DNA from: Bacteroidota bacterium
GTDB taxonomy: Bacteria > Bacteroidota > Bacteroidia > Bacteroidales > FEN-979
Reading direction: 5' to 3'
NCBI GenBank assembly: GCA_026391755.1
Contig: JAPLDN010000344.1
Location: forward strand, 1 to 39,077
Length of the DNA: 39,077 nucleotides
Positions 16,962 through 26,118 of the stretch are shown in pieces. A program made the position numbers and the translations under genes. Within the stretch, counting starts at the first letter, position 1, and each line of letters starts with the position of its first letter. Below the pieces are notes generated by a model. It worked only from the letters and a program-made list of their open reading frames with translations. It had not been told where the DNA came from and did no database searches.

Positions 16962-18236
16962 ATGTATAGTAAAGTCCAGGGCCGGAAATCAGCATTCATC
17001 AGTTTACACCTGGTCCTGGTATTTTTATTGACCGTTGCGGCATTCGGGCAAGCCGATAAGGAAAAACTTCAGAAGACCAAGAAACAGCTGGAAGACGAGA
17101 TCCGCTACACAACGGAATTGCTGGAAAAGACTAAGGCAACCAAACAGGTTTCGATGGAGAAACTGAAAATCCTTAACCAGAGGATACACAGCCGTGAAGC
17201 TCTGATTGCCACCATCAACAAAGAACTGGGACAGATCGATATGAATATCCAGGTCGAAAATGTTGAGCTCGACAGAATGTCGAAACAACTTAAAGCCCTT
17301 AAAACGGATTATGCCCGGATGATTTACCAGGCGTATCGTACCATGAACGGCAGAAATAAACTGATGTATATATTCTCGGCCAGGGATTTCAACCAGGCCT
17401 GGCAAAGGATCAGGTACTACCAGCAATATTCGGAATACCGCCGCAGGCAGGCCGAACGGATTGAAAGTACAACCCATGTTATCAATGACCAAAGGAAAGA
17501 CCTGGAATCAAAGAAGCAGGAAAAACTCACTTTGTTTGAGACCCAGCAAAAGGAAAAAGTAAAGCTGGACCTGGAAAAACAGGACAAGGCCAAAACCGTT
17601 AAAGAACTCTCAAGCAAGGAGAAACAGCTCGTTTCTACACTAAAAACCAAGCAGCAGGCCGCTGCCCGCCTTCAATACGAGATTGAAAAGCTGATCGCAA
17701 CTGAGATCAGGGCGTCAGAAGAAAGGATGCAAAAAAACACGGGCAATGAAAAAAAGCCAACGGGACATATTGTTTCCGGCCCCGCAACGTATGAGATGAC
17801 CCCACGCGAAAAAGAACTCTCCAGTTCTTTTGCCTCAAACAGGGGACGGCTTCCGTGGCCCTGTGAAAAAGGCTTCATCTCCGGCACTTTCGGTGAGCAT
17901 GCACATCCTGTGCTTGAAAGGGTAAAGGTTAAAAACAACGGGGTGGATATAACCACCGAGCCAAATTCCCTGGTTAAAGCCGTTTTCAATGGCAGGGTTA
18001 GCAAAGTGATGTCGTTCCCTAACCTGAATAATGTGGTTATAGTTAGGCATGGAGAATACCTGACCGTATATTCTAACCTGGATGTTGTGAGTGTCAAGGA
18101 AGGGCAAGAAGTGACCACCCGCCAGGCTATAGGCAAGGTACACTATAATAATGAAGAACAAAAAACCGAGCTGCATTTTGAGATCTGGAAAGGCAAAATG
18201 ATCCAGAACCCCGAAAACTGGCTTGCCGGACGATAA
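16962..18236 (+). CDS. envC: EnvC-like murein hydrolase activator (coiled coil plus degenerate M23 domain)
   Basis: Long coiled coil, RGRLPWP, NNGVDI in place of HxxxD, YLTVYSNL, ELHFEIW. Confidence 0.85.
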   Translation: MYSKVQGRKSAFISLHLVLVFLLTVAAFGQADKEKLQKTKKQLEDEIRYTTELLEKTKATKQVSMEKLKILNQRIHSREALIATINKELGQIDMNIQVENVELDRMSKQLKALKTDYARMIYQAYRTMNGRNKLMYIFSARDFNQAWQRIRYYQQYSEYRRRQAERIESTTHVINDQRKDLESKKQEKLTLFETQQKEKVKLDLEKQDKAKTVKELSSKEKQLVSTLKTKQQAAARLQYEIEKLIATEIRASEERMQKNTGNEKKPTGHIVSGPATYEMTPREKELSSSFASNRGRLPWPCEKGFISGTFGEHAHPVLERVKVKNNGVDITTEPNSLVKAVFNGRVSKVMSFPNLNNVVIVRHGEYLTVYSNLDVVSVKEGQEVTTRQAIGKVHYNNEEQKTELHFEIWKGKMIQNPENWLAGR

Positions 18237-18248
18237 GCCCCTGGTATT

Positions 18249-19157
18249 ATGCACCATATTGGAGAATTTGCCGCCTTGCTTACTGCCTTCTTCTGGACGG
18301 TCACTGCGATCACATTCGAAGCGGCAAGCCGGAAGATCGGTTCAATGGTTGTAAATATCCTCAGGCTCATCATCGGTTTTTTCTTTCTCACTGTGTTCGT
18401 TTTTTTTTACCGCGGATATCTTTTCCCCGTTGACGCCAGCCTTCACAACTGGCTCTGGCTGTCATTGAGCGGGCTCATAGGATTTACTTTCGGAGACCTT
18501 TGCCTCTTCCAGTCTTTTGTACTTATCGGGGCCAGGGTTTCCATGCTTATCATGGCTTTAGCTCCCCCTATGACCGCCCTGTTTGCATGGATGGTCCTGG
18601 GGGAAAAACTGAGCCTTCAAAGCTGGATAGGGATGGCGGTGACAATGAACGGTATTGCACTCGTTGTCTTAAGGAGAAGCGGTGATGGAGAAAAGAATGG
18701 GCTGCTGAACATGCTTAAATTTTCATATCCGATCTGGGGTCTTCTTCTTGCTTTCGGAGGGGCTGTCGGACAAGCAGTAGGGCTGGTCCTGAGCAAGGTC
18801 GGAATGCAGGGATACGACACCTTTGCATCGACTCAGATCAGGGTAATGGCAGGCACGGCAGGTTTTGCAATAATCTATGCGTTTATGGGAAAATGGAAAG
18901 ACGTGTTCAGGGGAATATCAAAGGCAAAGCCAATGGCCATTCTCTCGATAGGCGCCTTCTTCGGCCCTTTCCTTGGGGTCTCGTTTTCACTTATAGCAAT
19001 AAAATACGCCGATACGGGCATCGCCTCAACGATAATGGCCATAGTCCCGGTGCTCATCATTCCGCCATCGATGATACTGTACAAAGAAAAAATCAGTTTA
19101 AAAGAAGTCATCGGCGCCATCCTCGCTGTTGGCGGAGTTGCAATTTTCTTTTTATAA
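18249..19157 (+). CDS. DMT/EamA family transporter
   Basis: About 10 TM helices in two EamA-like repeats; SGLIGFTFGD, LGEKLS, GAFFGPFLGV, KEKIS. Confidence 0.88.
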   Translation: MHHIGEFAALLTAFFWTVTAITFEAASRKIGSMVVNILRLIIGFFFLTVFVFFYRGYLFPVDASLHNWLWLSLSGLIGFTFGDLCLFQSFVLIGARVSMLIMALAPPMTALFAWMVLGEKLSLQSWIGMAVTMNGIALVVLRRSGDGEKNGLLNMLKFSYPIWGLLLAFGGAVGQAVGLVLSKVGMQGYDTFASTQIRVMAGTAGFAIIYAFMGKWKDVFRGISKAKPMAILSIGAFFGPFLGVSFSLIAIKYADTGIASTIMAIVPVLIIPPSMILYKEKISLKEVIGAILAVGGVAIFFL

Positions 19158-19168
19158 TTGCATTGGGA

Positions 19169-19720
19169 ATGGAGACAAAAAGAAATACTGCTGTATATGA
19201 ACATAAGCCCGGGCTAAGGTTTTACCTTGGCGCATCAATAATTTTTTTGTCTTTTTTCATGGTGCCTACGGGGCTTCTTGTAACCCATCACATGCACAGG
19301 CATGCATTAAAAGCCATTATCCTTGGCTTCTTCTGGGTTAACGGCCCGCTCTGGAAAATCCTGGGTATCGGCATTATGGGAAAGGTGTCGTACTATTATA
19401 TAATCGAGCACCTCAAGATCCATTACAAACGGGTAATTGAGCCCAAGCCGGTTAGCAGGAAACGCTATTACATAGGGCTGTTCATGTTCACCCTGCCGTT
19501 TGTCCCTTCTTATGTAATGGCTTACGCACCCCACCTGCTTCCGGAACTGGCCTCATTGAGAGTATACGTCAATATTTTCTTTGACCTGGTATTCCTCTCC
19601 AGCCTGTTTGTGCTGGGAGGAGATTTCTGGGATAAGCTCAGGGCCTTGTTCAACTATTCAGCTAAAGCAAGCTTCCCGGGCGAGCCTAATTGCGAAGAAG
19701 AAACGCAAACCCCCGGATGA
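19169..19720 (+). CDS. Small membrane protein with two related halves (resembles transporter-suffix domain proteins)
   Basis: Start reassigned to ATG 19169 (METKRN), after the DMT stop. Halves RFYLG...GIMGKVSY and RYYIG...FVLGGDFWDKLRALF. Confidence 0.65.
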   Translation: METKRNTAVYEHKPGLRFYLGASIIFLSFFMVPTGLLVTHHMHRHALKAIILGFFWVNGPLWKILGIGIMGKVSYYYIIEHLKIHYKRVIEPKPVSRKRYYIGLFMFTLPFVPSYVMAYAPHLLPELASLRVYVNIFFDLVFLSSLFVLGGDFWDKLRALFNYSAKASFPGEPNCEEETQTPG

Positions 19721-19724
19721 ACTT

Positions 19725-19761
19725 AAAAAAGGCCGCCGCAATATTTTGCAACGGCCTTTTT
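19725..19761. terminator. Bidirectional intrinsic terminator
   Basis: aaaaaaggccgccgcaa...ttgcaacggccttttt between convergent genes. Confidence 0.85.
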
Positions 19762-19792
19762 AGCTATGACAGATGCCCCTCCGGGGCTTCAT

Positions 19793-21970
19793 TTATAAAT
19801 TTAAACGCAGGTTCACAAAGAATTCCCTGCCAGGAGCCGGCTGGTATGAATTGTAATCCACCCCGTTATTGGGTTCGGTAAAACCGAAATACTGGGTATC
19901 GAAGACATTCTTAACATAAAAACCAAGATCGCCTCTAATCCATCCGAGCTTCCATTTATAATGCAGGTCAACATTCCAGAGGTTATACCCGCTCACCCAG
20001 GAACTTCTTACGCTTCCCGGCTGGTAGTAGGTTTGTCCGATAGTATAGTTGTTATAAATGGAATCATCAACCTGGATGCAGTATTTCGTCTGCCACTGGC
20101 AGGCTATACCGGCACTGAAATTCCTCAGGAAATTATAGGTGATCTCACCATACAGCATGTTCCTCGGTGAGTTTGGCAGCCAATGCCCTGCGGTGGAATC
20201 AGGGGACCTGTAGGTGAAATTGGAATAGGTATAAGCAGCATCAATGATAAGATTTTTAACGGGTGAATACGATACAAAAGTCTCAATCCCCCATTTTGTG
20301 CTCTTCCCCATATTCCCGTAGAAGGCAGTATTATTTCCGCGACCGGGGACGCTGTAACGGTAAAAATCATTATTCGACCAGATATCATAGAAAGTGACAT
20401 CGTAATGGAACACTTTGCCAACATCACCCCTTACCCCAAGGTCAATACCCTGTGAAGTCGAAGGTTTGATGAGATTGTTAAAACCACCATAAGCCTGGGG
20501 GTTATTATACAACTCATCATTTGAAGGGGTAAGGAAGCCGGTACCATAACTTGCAAAAACATTGAAAGGCCTGATGATATCCCAGGCAAGGCCGATACGA
20601 TAGGTAGGTTTATCGTAGGTTTTGCTCCCGTTCGGATTGATCGAATCAGGAACGGGAATGTTGCTCTGCAGGCTGCTGTAAACATTATCATAACGCAGGT
20701 TAACAAGAGCGTGGAGTTTTGGAGTAATATCGAGCTTGTCGATGAGGAACACACCTATGCTTCTTTGCCTGATGATCTGGTTGATCAGGATCTGGTCAAG
20801 GTCGAAACATTCGCGGCTCCAGTATGAATCAACACGGGTTGAGTCCCTGTTATATTCTCCGGGAACGGCAAACATATGTTCCGTAATGGTCTGGGTCTGG
20901 TAGTCTGCGCCAAGGCTAAGGAGATTCTTAACGCTGCTCTTCCCGAGGCGAAGATTATACTGGGCCGAAGCCCCCATATTGACATAAGGTTTGTAATCAT
21001 CCCCGTTGTTGGAGGTTTCCCTGTAATAATTTGATCGGGCAAAAGCCCTGGCAGTAATATCCTGGTTGTTGCAGATATCGAATTTAGCGATCAGGGCTCC
21101 GGTGAGGCGTTTGGTTTCGTGGAACTCGTTGTAAGGAACGGCATCGGTATTGGCAGCCCTTGGGCCGAAAGTCTCATACCGGTACATATTGATCCCTTCG
21201 GAATTCTGGTTAAAGTAATTGGTGTAAGTCAGCAACTGGGTGATCTGGACCTTTTCTGAGGGTTTCCAGTTGATCTTTTCACTGAAGTTATCACCCATGA
21301 ATGACTGGTGGTCACGATATCCATGGCCCTGCATATGCGAATATGACACGCGGTAGTTGATCTTGTCCTGGGTCCCGTCAACCTGACCGAGGATCTTCCA
21401 GTAACCATAAGAACCTGCTGAACCCATAAGAGTGGAATTAACGGGTTTGCTTCCCCCGTTATCGGTAATGATATTGACCACCCCGCCGGTTGCATTAGCG
21501 CCATACAACGAAGCAGCCAGGCCGCGCATGACCTCAACATTCTTCACCACGCTCCAGTCAACATCATACAGGTCGGGGCAATAACCACCCGGGTCGTTTA
21601 CAGGGATACCGTCGATCAATACCTGTATCCCCCTGAAACCGCTTTCGGAAAGAATACCCTGGCCACGGATATAAAGATGTACCCTTGAACCATCGGTGCC
21701 GTTTTCCACTTTTACACCCGGAACCAGGCGCAATGCCTCATCAGGGGCAATACTCTTGCTGAGCTCCTGCAATTGGGCTTTGTTGATAACAGTGATAGGA
21801 GCCGGTAGTTCCTTCAACGGAGTAACGGTGCGCATGGCGCTCACCATCACCTCGTCGAGTTTTACCGTGTCTTTGGTAAAGATGACTTTATCTGTTTTGT
21901 TTTTCTGGCCTATTCCCTGGAAAGCAAATGCGATAATCAGGAAAAGGCCTGTTAGTAATCGTGTTTTCAT
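19793..21970 (-). CDS. TonB-dependent outer-membrane receptor, substrate unknown
   Basis: Signal peptide, LDEVMVSA, plug motifs LRLVPGV, IRGQG, VLIDGIP, VEVMRGLAASLYGANATGGVVNIIT, and a C-terminal PGREFFVNLRLNL beta strand. Confidence 0.93.
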   Translation of the reverse strand: MKTRLLTGLFLIIAFAFQGIGQKNKTDKVIFTKDTVKLDEVMVSAMRTVTPLKELPAPITVINKAQLQELSKSIAPDEALRLVPGVKVENGTDGSRVHLYIRGQGILSESGFRGIQVLIDGIPVNDPGGYCPDLYDVDWSVVKNVEVMRGLAASLYGANATGGVVNIITDNGGSKPVNSTLMGSAGSYGYWKILGQVDGTQDKINYRVSYSHMQGHGYRDHQSFMGDNFSEKINWKPSEKVQITQLLTYTNYFNQNSEGINMYRYETFGPRAANTDAVPYNEFHETKRLTGALIAKFDICNNQDITARAFARSNYYRETSNNGDDYKPYVNMGASAQYNLRLGKSSVKNLLSLGADYQTQTITEHMFAVPGEYNRDSTRVDSYWSRECFDLDQILINQIIRQRSIGVFLIDKLDITPKLHALVNLRYDNVYSSLQSNIPVPDSINPNGSKTYDKPTYRIGLAWDIIRPFNVFASYGTGFLTPSNDELYNNPQAYGGFNNLIKPSTSQGIDLGVRGDVGKVFHYDVTFYDIWSNNDFYRYSVPGRGNNTAFYGNMGKSTKWGIETFVSYSPVKNLIIDAAYTYSNFTYRSPDSTAGHWLPNSPRNMLYGEITYNFLRNFSAGIACQWQTKYCIQVDDSIYNNYTIGQTYYQPGSVRSSWVSGYNLWNVDLHYKWKLGWIRGDLGFYVKNVFDTQYFGFTEPNNGVDYNSYQPAPGREFFVNLRLNL

Positions 21971-22105
21971 TGTAAAATCTTTAAATGTTTATGATAGCAA
22001 AAGTTTGTTAATAATCCTGTGAGGATTAATACCGATCCCTGCGCCATAAAGCATGACATCATCGTAATCAGGTACGGAAAATCAAAGCGTTAGGAAAAAG
22101 GAAAT

Positions 22106-22606
22106 TCAGGCTATCTCGGGGGGAGGAGAGAATGGTATCAGCGGGTTACCGTCAAAATTTTCACTTACTAAGGGGTAAGTGATTCTTGTTGTTGATGGCG
22201 GATGAGCAAGTTCCATTGTTACCGGCAGCGCGATGCTAACAAGATGCTGAAGTAAATTTGTCGCTTTTTTCTTCTGCTGCATGCTATTCATGCCCGCAAT
22301 AAGGTTCTCTTCCCTTGTATCGCGGATGCAGTAGAAAGTTATGGTTTTCCCCTTTTTCACTTCCCGGGCAACATCATACAGGTTTCCCTGATACACGATC
22401 TCATGTTTGTCAACACGACGAAAAGCAGGATTAGCAGGGGGATTATAGATAGAGAATACCGAAAGCTGATGATCGAGGTACCCGTGTTCAAGCAGGCTTG
22501 TTACCTCCTTTTTAATCAGGTAGCGGCCAAACTCATACACGATATAATAGCCTGCCGTATTGAAGAGCATTGCAAACAAAACAAATATCGTCAGTGTTTT
22601 TTTCAT
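22106..22606 (-). CDS. Hypothetical membrane-anchored protein ending in PFSPPP; possible cis-acting leader of the TonB receptor
   Basis: N-terminal hydrophobic helix, HEIVYQGNLYDV and YCIRD motifs, C-terminal FSPPPEIA. ATG overlaps the upstream TAA (TAATG). Confidence 0.7.
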   Translation of the reverse strand: MKKTLTIFVLFAMLFNTAGYYIVYEFGRYLIKKEVTSLLEHGYLDHQLSVFSIYNPPANPAFRRVDKHEIVYQGNLYDVAREVKKGKTITFYCIRDTREENLIAGMNSMQQKKKATNLLQHLVSIALPVTMELAHPPSTTRITYPLVSENFDGNPLIPFSPPPEIA

Positions 22607-25600
22607 TACCTGCTGATCACCAGTTTCAGGGAAATAATGCCAACTTTCCTGTGGATGTTGACTATATAGATCCCTGAAGAAAGGGATGCAAAGTTAATAG
22701 TTTTTATTATCCTGCCTGAAACCATGATGTTATTTTCCTTATAGACCTGCTTCTGCTGCAGGTCTTCTGCCGTAATACCGATAGTTTCTTTAAGGGGTGC
22801 AAAAATATCCAGGGTAACATTATCCCGGGCAGGATTTGGGTATATCTTCACTGAAAAACCGCTCTTTTCCTCCCCTGTCCCAAGGCAATTCTTAAAAGTA
22901 AGCCAAACTGAGTCGGTTTTATAGCAGCCTGCGATGTTCATGGTTTTCAGGCGGAAAAGCCTTGTTCCAATACCACCTGCGATGGCGGTATCGATGATCA
23001 CCGTCGAGGCTGTGAGATTTCCCGGGGTCCACAGGTACGAATGAACATTCGTCGTATCGGCCCTGAGTGTGATAGTTTGCCAGTGGCAGACGGTGTCTTT
23101 TGGTAAAACACTGATCTCTGCAAGGGGGAGCCCGGCAATGGTTAGTTTTTTTGATTTGACATTGCGCCCGTATTCGCTGAAAGCTGTAAGGCTTAAGCTG
23201 GCTGAGCCAATAATGATATCCTGGCTGCCGGGAGTATAAACAGGGCCCGTAATCTTTGGGTCATTAAAAGTGCCGTCGCCCGAAGTAGACCACCTGAGGG
23301 AGTCATACAGCATCACTGTCGCTTGCAGGGTATAGTTTGAACCAGCACAGATCGTTTCGTCAGGACCAATAGAAATATAAGGCAGGATTGGAACCGGGAA
23401 GACAATATAATCGACCCATACCTGGTCGGACCCACTACTTTCGGCCAAATCTTTCTGATAGATCCACTTATAAGTATGCGCCCCCGCCGAAACAGGGAAT
23501 GAAGCCCTGGACCATGGGGTTTCTCCCGACCATTGCGATTGCAGGGTATTGTCGATATAAAACAGCAGAAAATCATAATCCAGTTCAGTGGAGGTTTTAT
23601 ACCAGAAACTTATGCTGTCGTCGGCGGAGGAGGTATAAGTGACAAACATCTGGCAGCTTTGCTCATCACTTATGTGTTTGGAAATGGCCGTGTAAAGGCC
23701 TTCATATGGATTGATATTAGTGATGTCCCAGGAAGCGTTCCCGGCAAAATGCCATGGAAATTTGGTAAATGTATTGGTCTCCCAGTCTTCGGCCACAGCG
23801 CCAATGATCCTGTAAAAATCTTTATGGCGGATGTATTTGCCGCTTTGAGCCGAAACATCCAGGATTGCACCGGCAGAAGTGGGAGCTGAATTGCTTACTG
23901 TAACAGTGTAATGAAGGTTTACAGTTTGTGAGGGATGGATGGTATCAGCAAAGACCGAGTCGTTGAGTACAGTAAGATAAGGGGATGATGTTAGCAGCCT
24001 GGCGTAGGTGCCGGGACAGGGATAATCACCCGCATTGGTTAGTGTTACAATAAGATCAACAGTTTCGCCGGGGTCGAACCTCCCGTTATTGTTTCCGCCG
24101 GGATCAAGAATGGTGATATTCACAATCTCCAGTCCGGGTGCATGTGCGAAGACGACAAAATGACTGTTCCAGGAAGTGTCGGAATTGCTAACGCTGATGT
24201 TGAACCGTATTTTCTGGTTGTACGGGATGGTGTCATTCACCTTGAAGGCAAAACCAGAAGGGACGGTTTCGGTTCCGCCGGCCGTAATAGTTGAATAAGG
24301 TTCCAGGGAATCGGTCATTATAATATACGGGGAGGGGGAAGTGACTTTTACTGTCAGGTTGTTTGAAGTCTGGTCCCCGATATTTTTCACCCCAAGGCTA
24401 AGGTGAAGAGAGTCGCCGAACTTAAGCAAAGCCTGATTCCCGGTAGAAATTTCAGACAATTCATTGGAATAATACATTACCCAGGGCTGGCCCGGGGCCG
24501 GACCAAGGTCAAAAGGGGAAGTCCAGGTCATTGTTTGACCTCCGGGCAGGCGGTTATCGGTCCATACGGGGTATACTTTCATATTCAGCGACTGTATCCC
24601 GATATAATCTCCAAAGTAATTAAAAGTTAGCCCGGGGATGGGGGAAGGAGTAAATGAAACATCACTGACCCTGAAGTCGGTGAAACTGTTCCCTCCGTCG
24701 TAGGACCAGGATACCCAAGTCTCTGCTTCAGCTGGAGATACATTGCGGTCGTCATAATAGATCACGCATATCCCTCCTGTTACTGCATCGACAGTGATCC
24801 AAGGGAAAAAATGCTGTTTGCCAAGGCCGGCTGCATCCTGGTTTACTTTCACAGGGACCGACCATGTAATCCCCTCATCCGCCGACTTGATAAGATATAC
24901 ATTGATATCGCTTCCGGTATTGATCCCGGGCGTTCCAACGTTGGCCCAGACCACATAAAGAGTTCCTCGGTTCGGACCGTTGCTGAGATCAACCGCCATG
25001 GAAGGAAAAGAATTTACCCGCATAGCTTTTGACGTCATGCTGCTACGTATTCCTTTGATATTCTGTATAATGCGCATGGAGGGCTGCCAGATCCCTCCGC
25101 CATCAAATGATCTGACAAACCCGATTGCATTTTCATCGCCTGGCCAGGTGTCGTATATGCTCCAGGCCATATATGCTTCCCCGGCCGGTCCGGTAGCGAT
25201 ATTGACACCATGATTTAATTTCAGTGCATTCACGTTATGGCTTACGGCAATCGGTGAAGTCCAGTGAAGCCCGCCGTCATTGCTTCTTGAAACCTGGATC
25301 TGGCCTGTGTCGGGTGATGCTGTGACGAAATTGGTCCATGCTGCATACAAATTACCCTGGAAGGCGCTGGAAAGGGAGTTGTCAATCCACAAATGGTTTT
25401 TATCGAGCAGTCCGTAAACATTGGCCGGGCCGGCAGCGACCTGTACGTCGTTCCAGGTGATCCCACGGTCATTACTGAAAGCAACACTTTGCCCCATGGT
25501 ACTATTGATCTTGCCTACATACCATCTTCCATCCCTGCTTATAGCTGTGGCAGGGTCGCCGTTGTTTGGTTTTCCGGCCCCGAAGTAGCGTCCTCCCCAG

Positions 25601-26028
25601 CTAAGTCCGTTATCTGAAGAACTGTAGGAATCGGCCCCGAAAAGGTTCCATGCCGAGCCTGAAGACCAGTCGGTGGAATTATTCGAATTCAGGATATTAT
25701 CCTCATCCTCAGGATCGATGAAAACCGAATTCTCGCTTTGGGTGAGGCTGGTACTGCTGGTCACCGGCACATCGGGAGAATCCTGGGGAAGAAGTGAGGC
25801 CGCCTGTATAACAGAAGAACCGGGTTTAGCAGCTACCCAGGGAATGGGCTTCTGGGGTTTAACATAGCCCTGCCTTACCATTGTTTTCCAGTACCCGATA
25901 TTATCGGCATAAGGAACCACGATTCCTTTTCCTGCAGGAGTGATTTCAGGAAGGTTTGACAACCTCTGGGCATAAGAAAACAAGCTGAAAACAAATAGTA
26001 TACCAAGCAGGCCGCAGCGCTTCTTCAT
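22606..26028 (-). CDS. T9SS-secreted Asp-box (BNR/sialidase-like) beta-propeller protein with Ig-like modules
   Basis: Start reassigned to MKKRCG (26028). Six Asp-boxes (SSDNGLSW, SNDRGITW, SNDGGLHW, SFDGGGIW, SADEGITW, SYDGGNSF), FGDYIG, and C-terminal IYPNPA...SGIYIV...KLVI. Confidence 0.85.
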   Translation of the reverse strand: MKKRCGLLGILFVFSLFSYAQRLSNLPEITPAGKGIVVPYADNIGYWKTMVRQGYVKPQKPIPWVAAKPGSSVIQAASLLPQDSPDVPVTSSTSLTQSENSVFIDPEDEDNILNSNNSTDWSSGSAWNLFGADSYSSSDNGLSWGGRYFGAGKPNNGDPATAISRDGRWYVGKINSTMGQSVAFSNDRGITWNDVQVAAGPANVYGLLDKNHLWIDNSLSSAFQGNLYAAWTNFVTASPDTGQIQVSRSNDGGLHWTSPIAVSHNVNALKLNHGVNIATGPAGEAYMAWSIYDTWPGDENAIGFVRSFDGGGIWQPSMRIIQNIKGIRSSMTSKAMRVNSFPSMAVDLSNGPNRGTLYVVWANVGTPGINTGSDINVYLIKSADEGITWSVPVKVNQDAAGLGKQHFFPWITVDAVTGGICVIYYDDRNVSPAEAETWVSWSYDGGNSFTDFRVSDVSFTPSPIPGLTFNYFGDYIGIQSLNMKVYPVWTDNRLPGGQTMTWTSPFDLGPAPGQPWVMYYSNELSEISTGNQALLKFGDSLHLSLGVKNIGDQTSNNLTVKVTSPSPYIIMTDSLEPYSTITAGGTETVPSGFAFKVNDTIPYNQKIRFNISVSNSDTSWNSHFVVFAHAPGLEIVNITILDPGGNNNGRFDPGETVDLIVTLTNAGDYPCPGTYARLLTSSPYLTVLNDSVFADTIHPSQTVNLHYTVTVSNSAPTSAGAILDVSAQSGKYIRHKDFYRIIGAVAEDWETNTFTKFPWHFAGNASWDITNINPYEGLYTAISKHISDEQSCQMFVTYTSSADDSISFWYKTSTELDYDFLLFYIDNTLQSQWSGETPWSRASFPVSAGAHTYKWIYQKDLAESSGSDQVWVDYIVFPVPILPYISIGPDETICAGSNYTLQATVMLYDSLRWSTSGDGTFNDPKITGPVYTPGSQDIIIGSASLSLTAFSEYGRNVKSKKLTIAGLPLAEISVLPKDTVCHWQTITLRADTTNVHSYLWTPGNLTASTVIIDTAIAGGIGTRLFRLKTMNIAGCYKTDSVWLTFKNCLGTGEEKSGFSVKIYPNPARDNVTLDIFAPLKETIGITAEDLQQKQVYKENNIMVSGRIIKTINFASLSSGIYIVNIHRKVGIISLKLVISR

Positions 26029-26049
26029 TGTATTTAATCTCAATAAGTA

Positions 26050-26090
26050 CAAATGTACGGAATAATTCAAGGGAAAGATTCGTAACTTTG
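26050..26090. promoter_or_regulatory. Divergent -7 elements (TACATTTG, minus, 26050-26057; TAACTTTG, plus, 26083-26090)
   Basis: Exact TAnnTTTG matches upstream of both divergent start codons. Confidence 0.65.
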
Positions 26091-26118
26091 GGGAGTCACC
26101 AGTCACAAACAAAACACT

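Noticed and set aside
18893-19168. 275-aa ORF overlapping the DMT gene by 265 nt
   Set aside because: The overlapping part is Arg/His-rich off-frame sequence; the plausible start is ATG 19169.
19763-19788. Small gcccc-tcc-ggggc hairpin resembling a REP half-element
   Set aside because: Single 5-bp stem with no second copy seen in the window; too weak to call.
21971-22105. Cobalamin or TPP riboswitch upstream of the TonB receptor
   Set aside because: No recognisable B12-box or TPP (CUGAGA) core, and the spacer is short and AT-rich.
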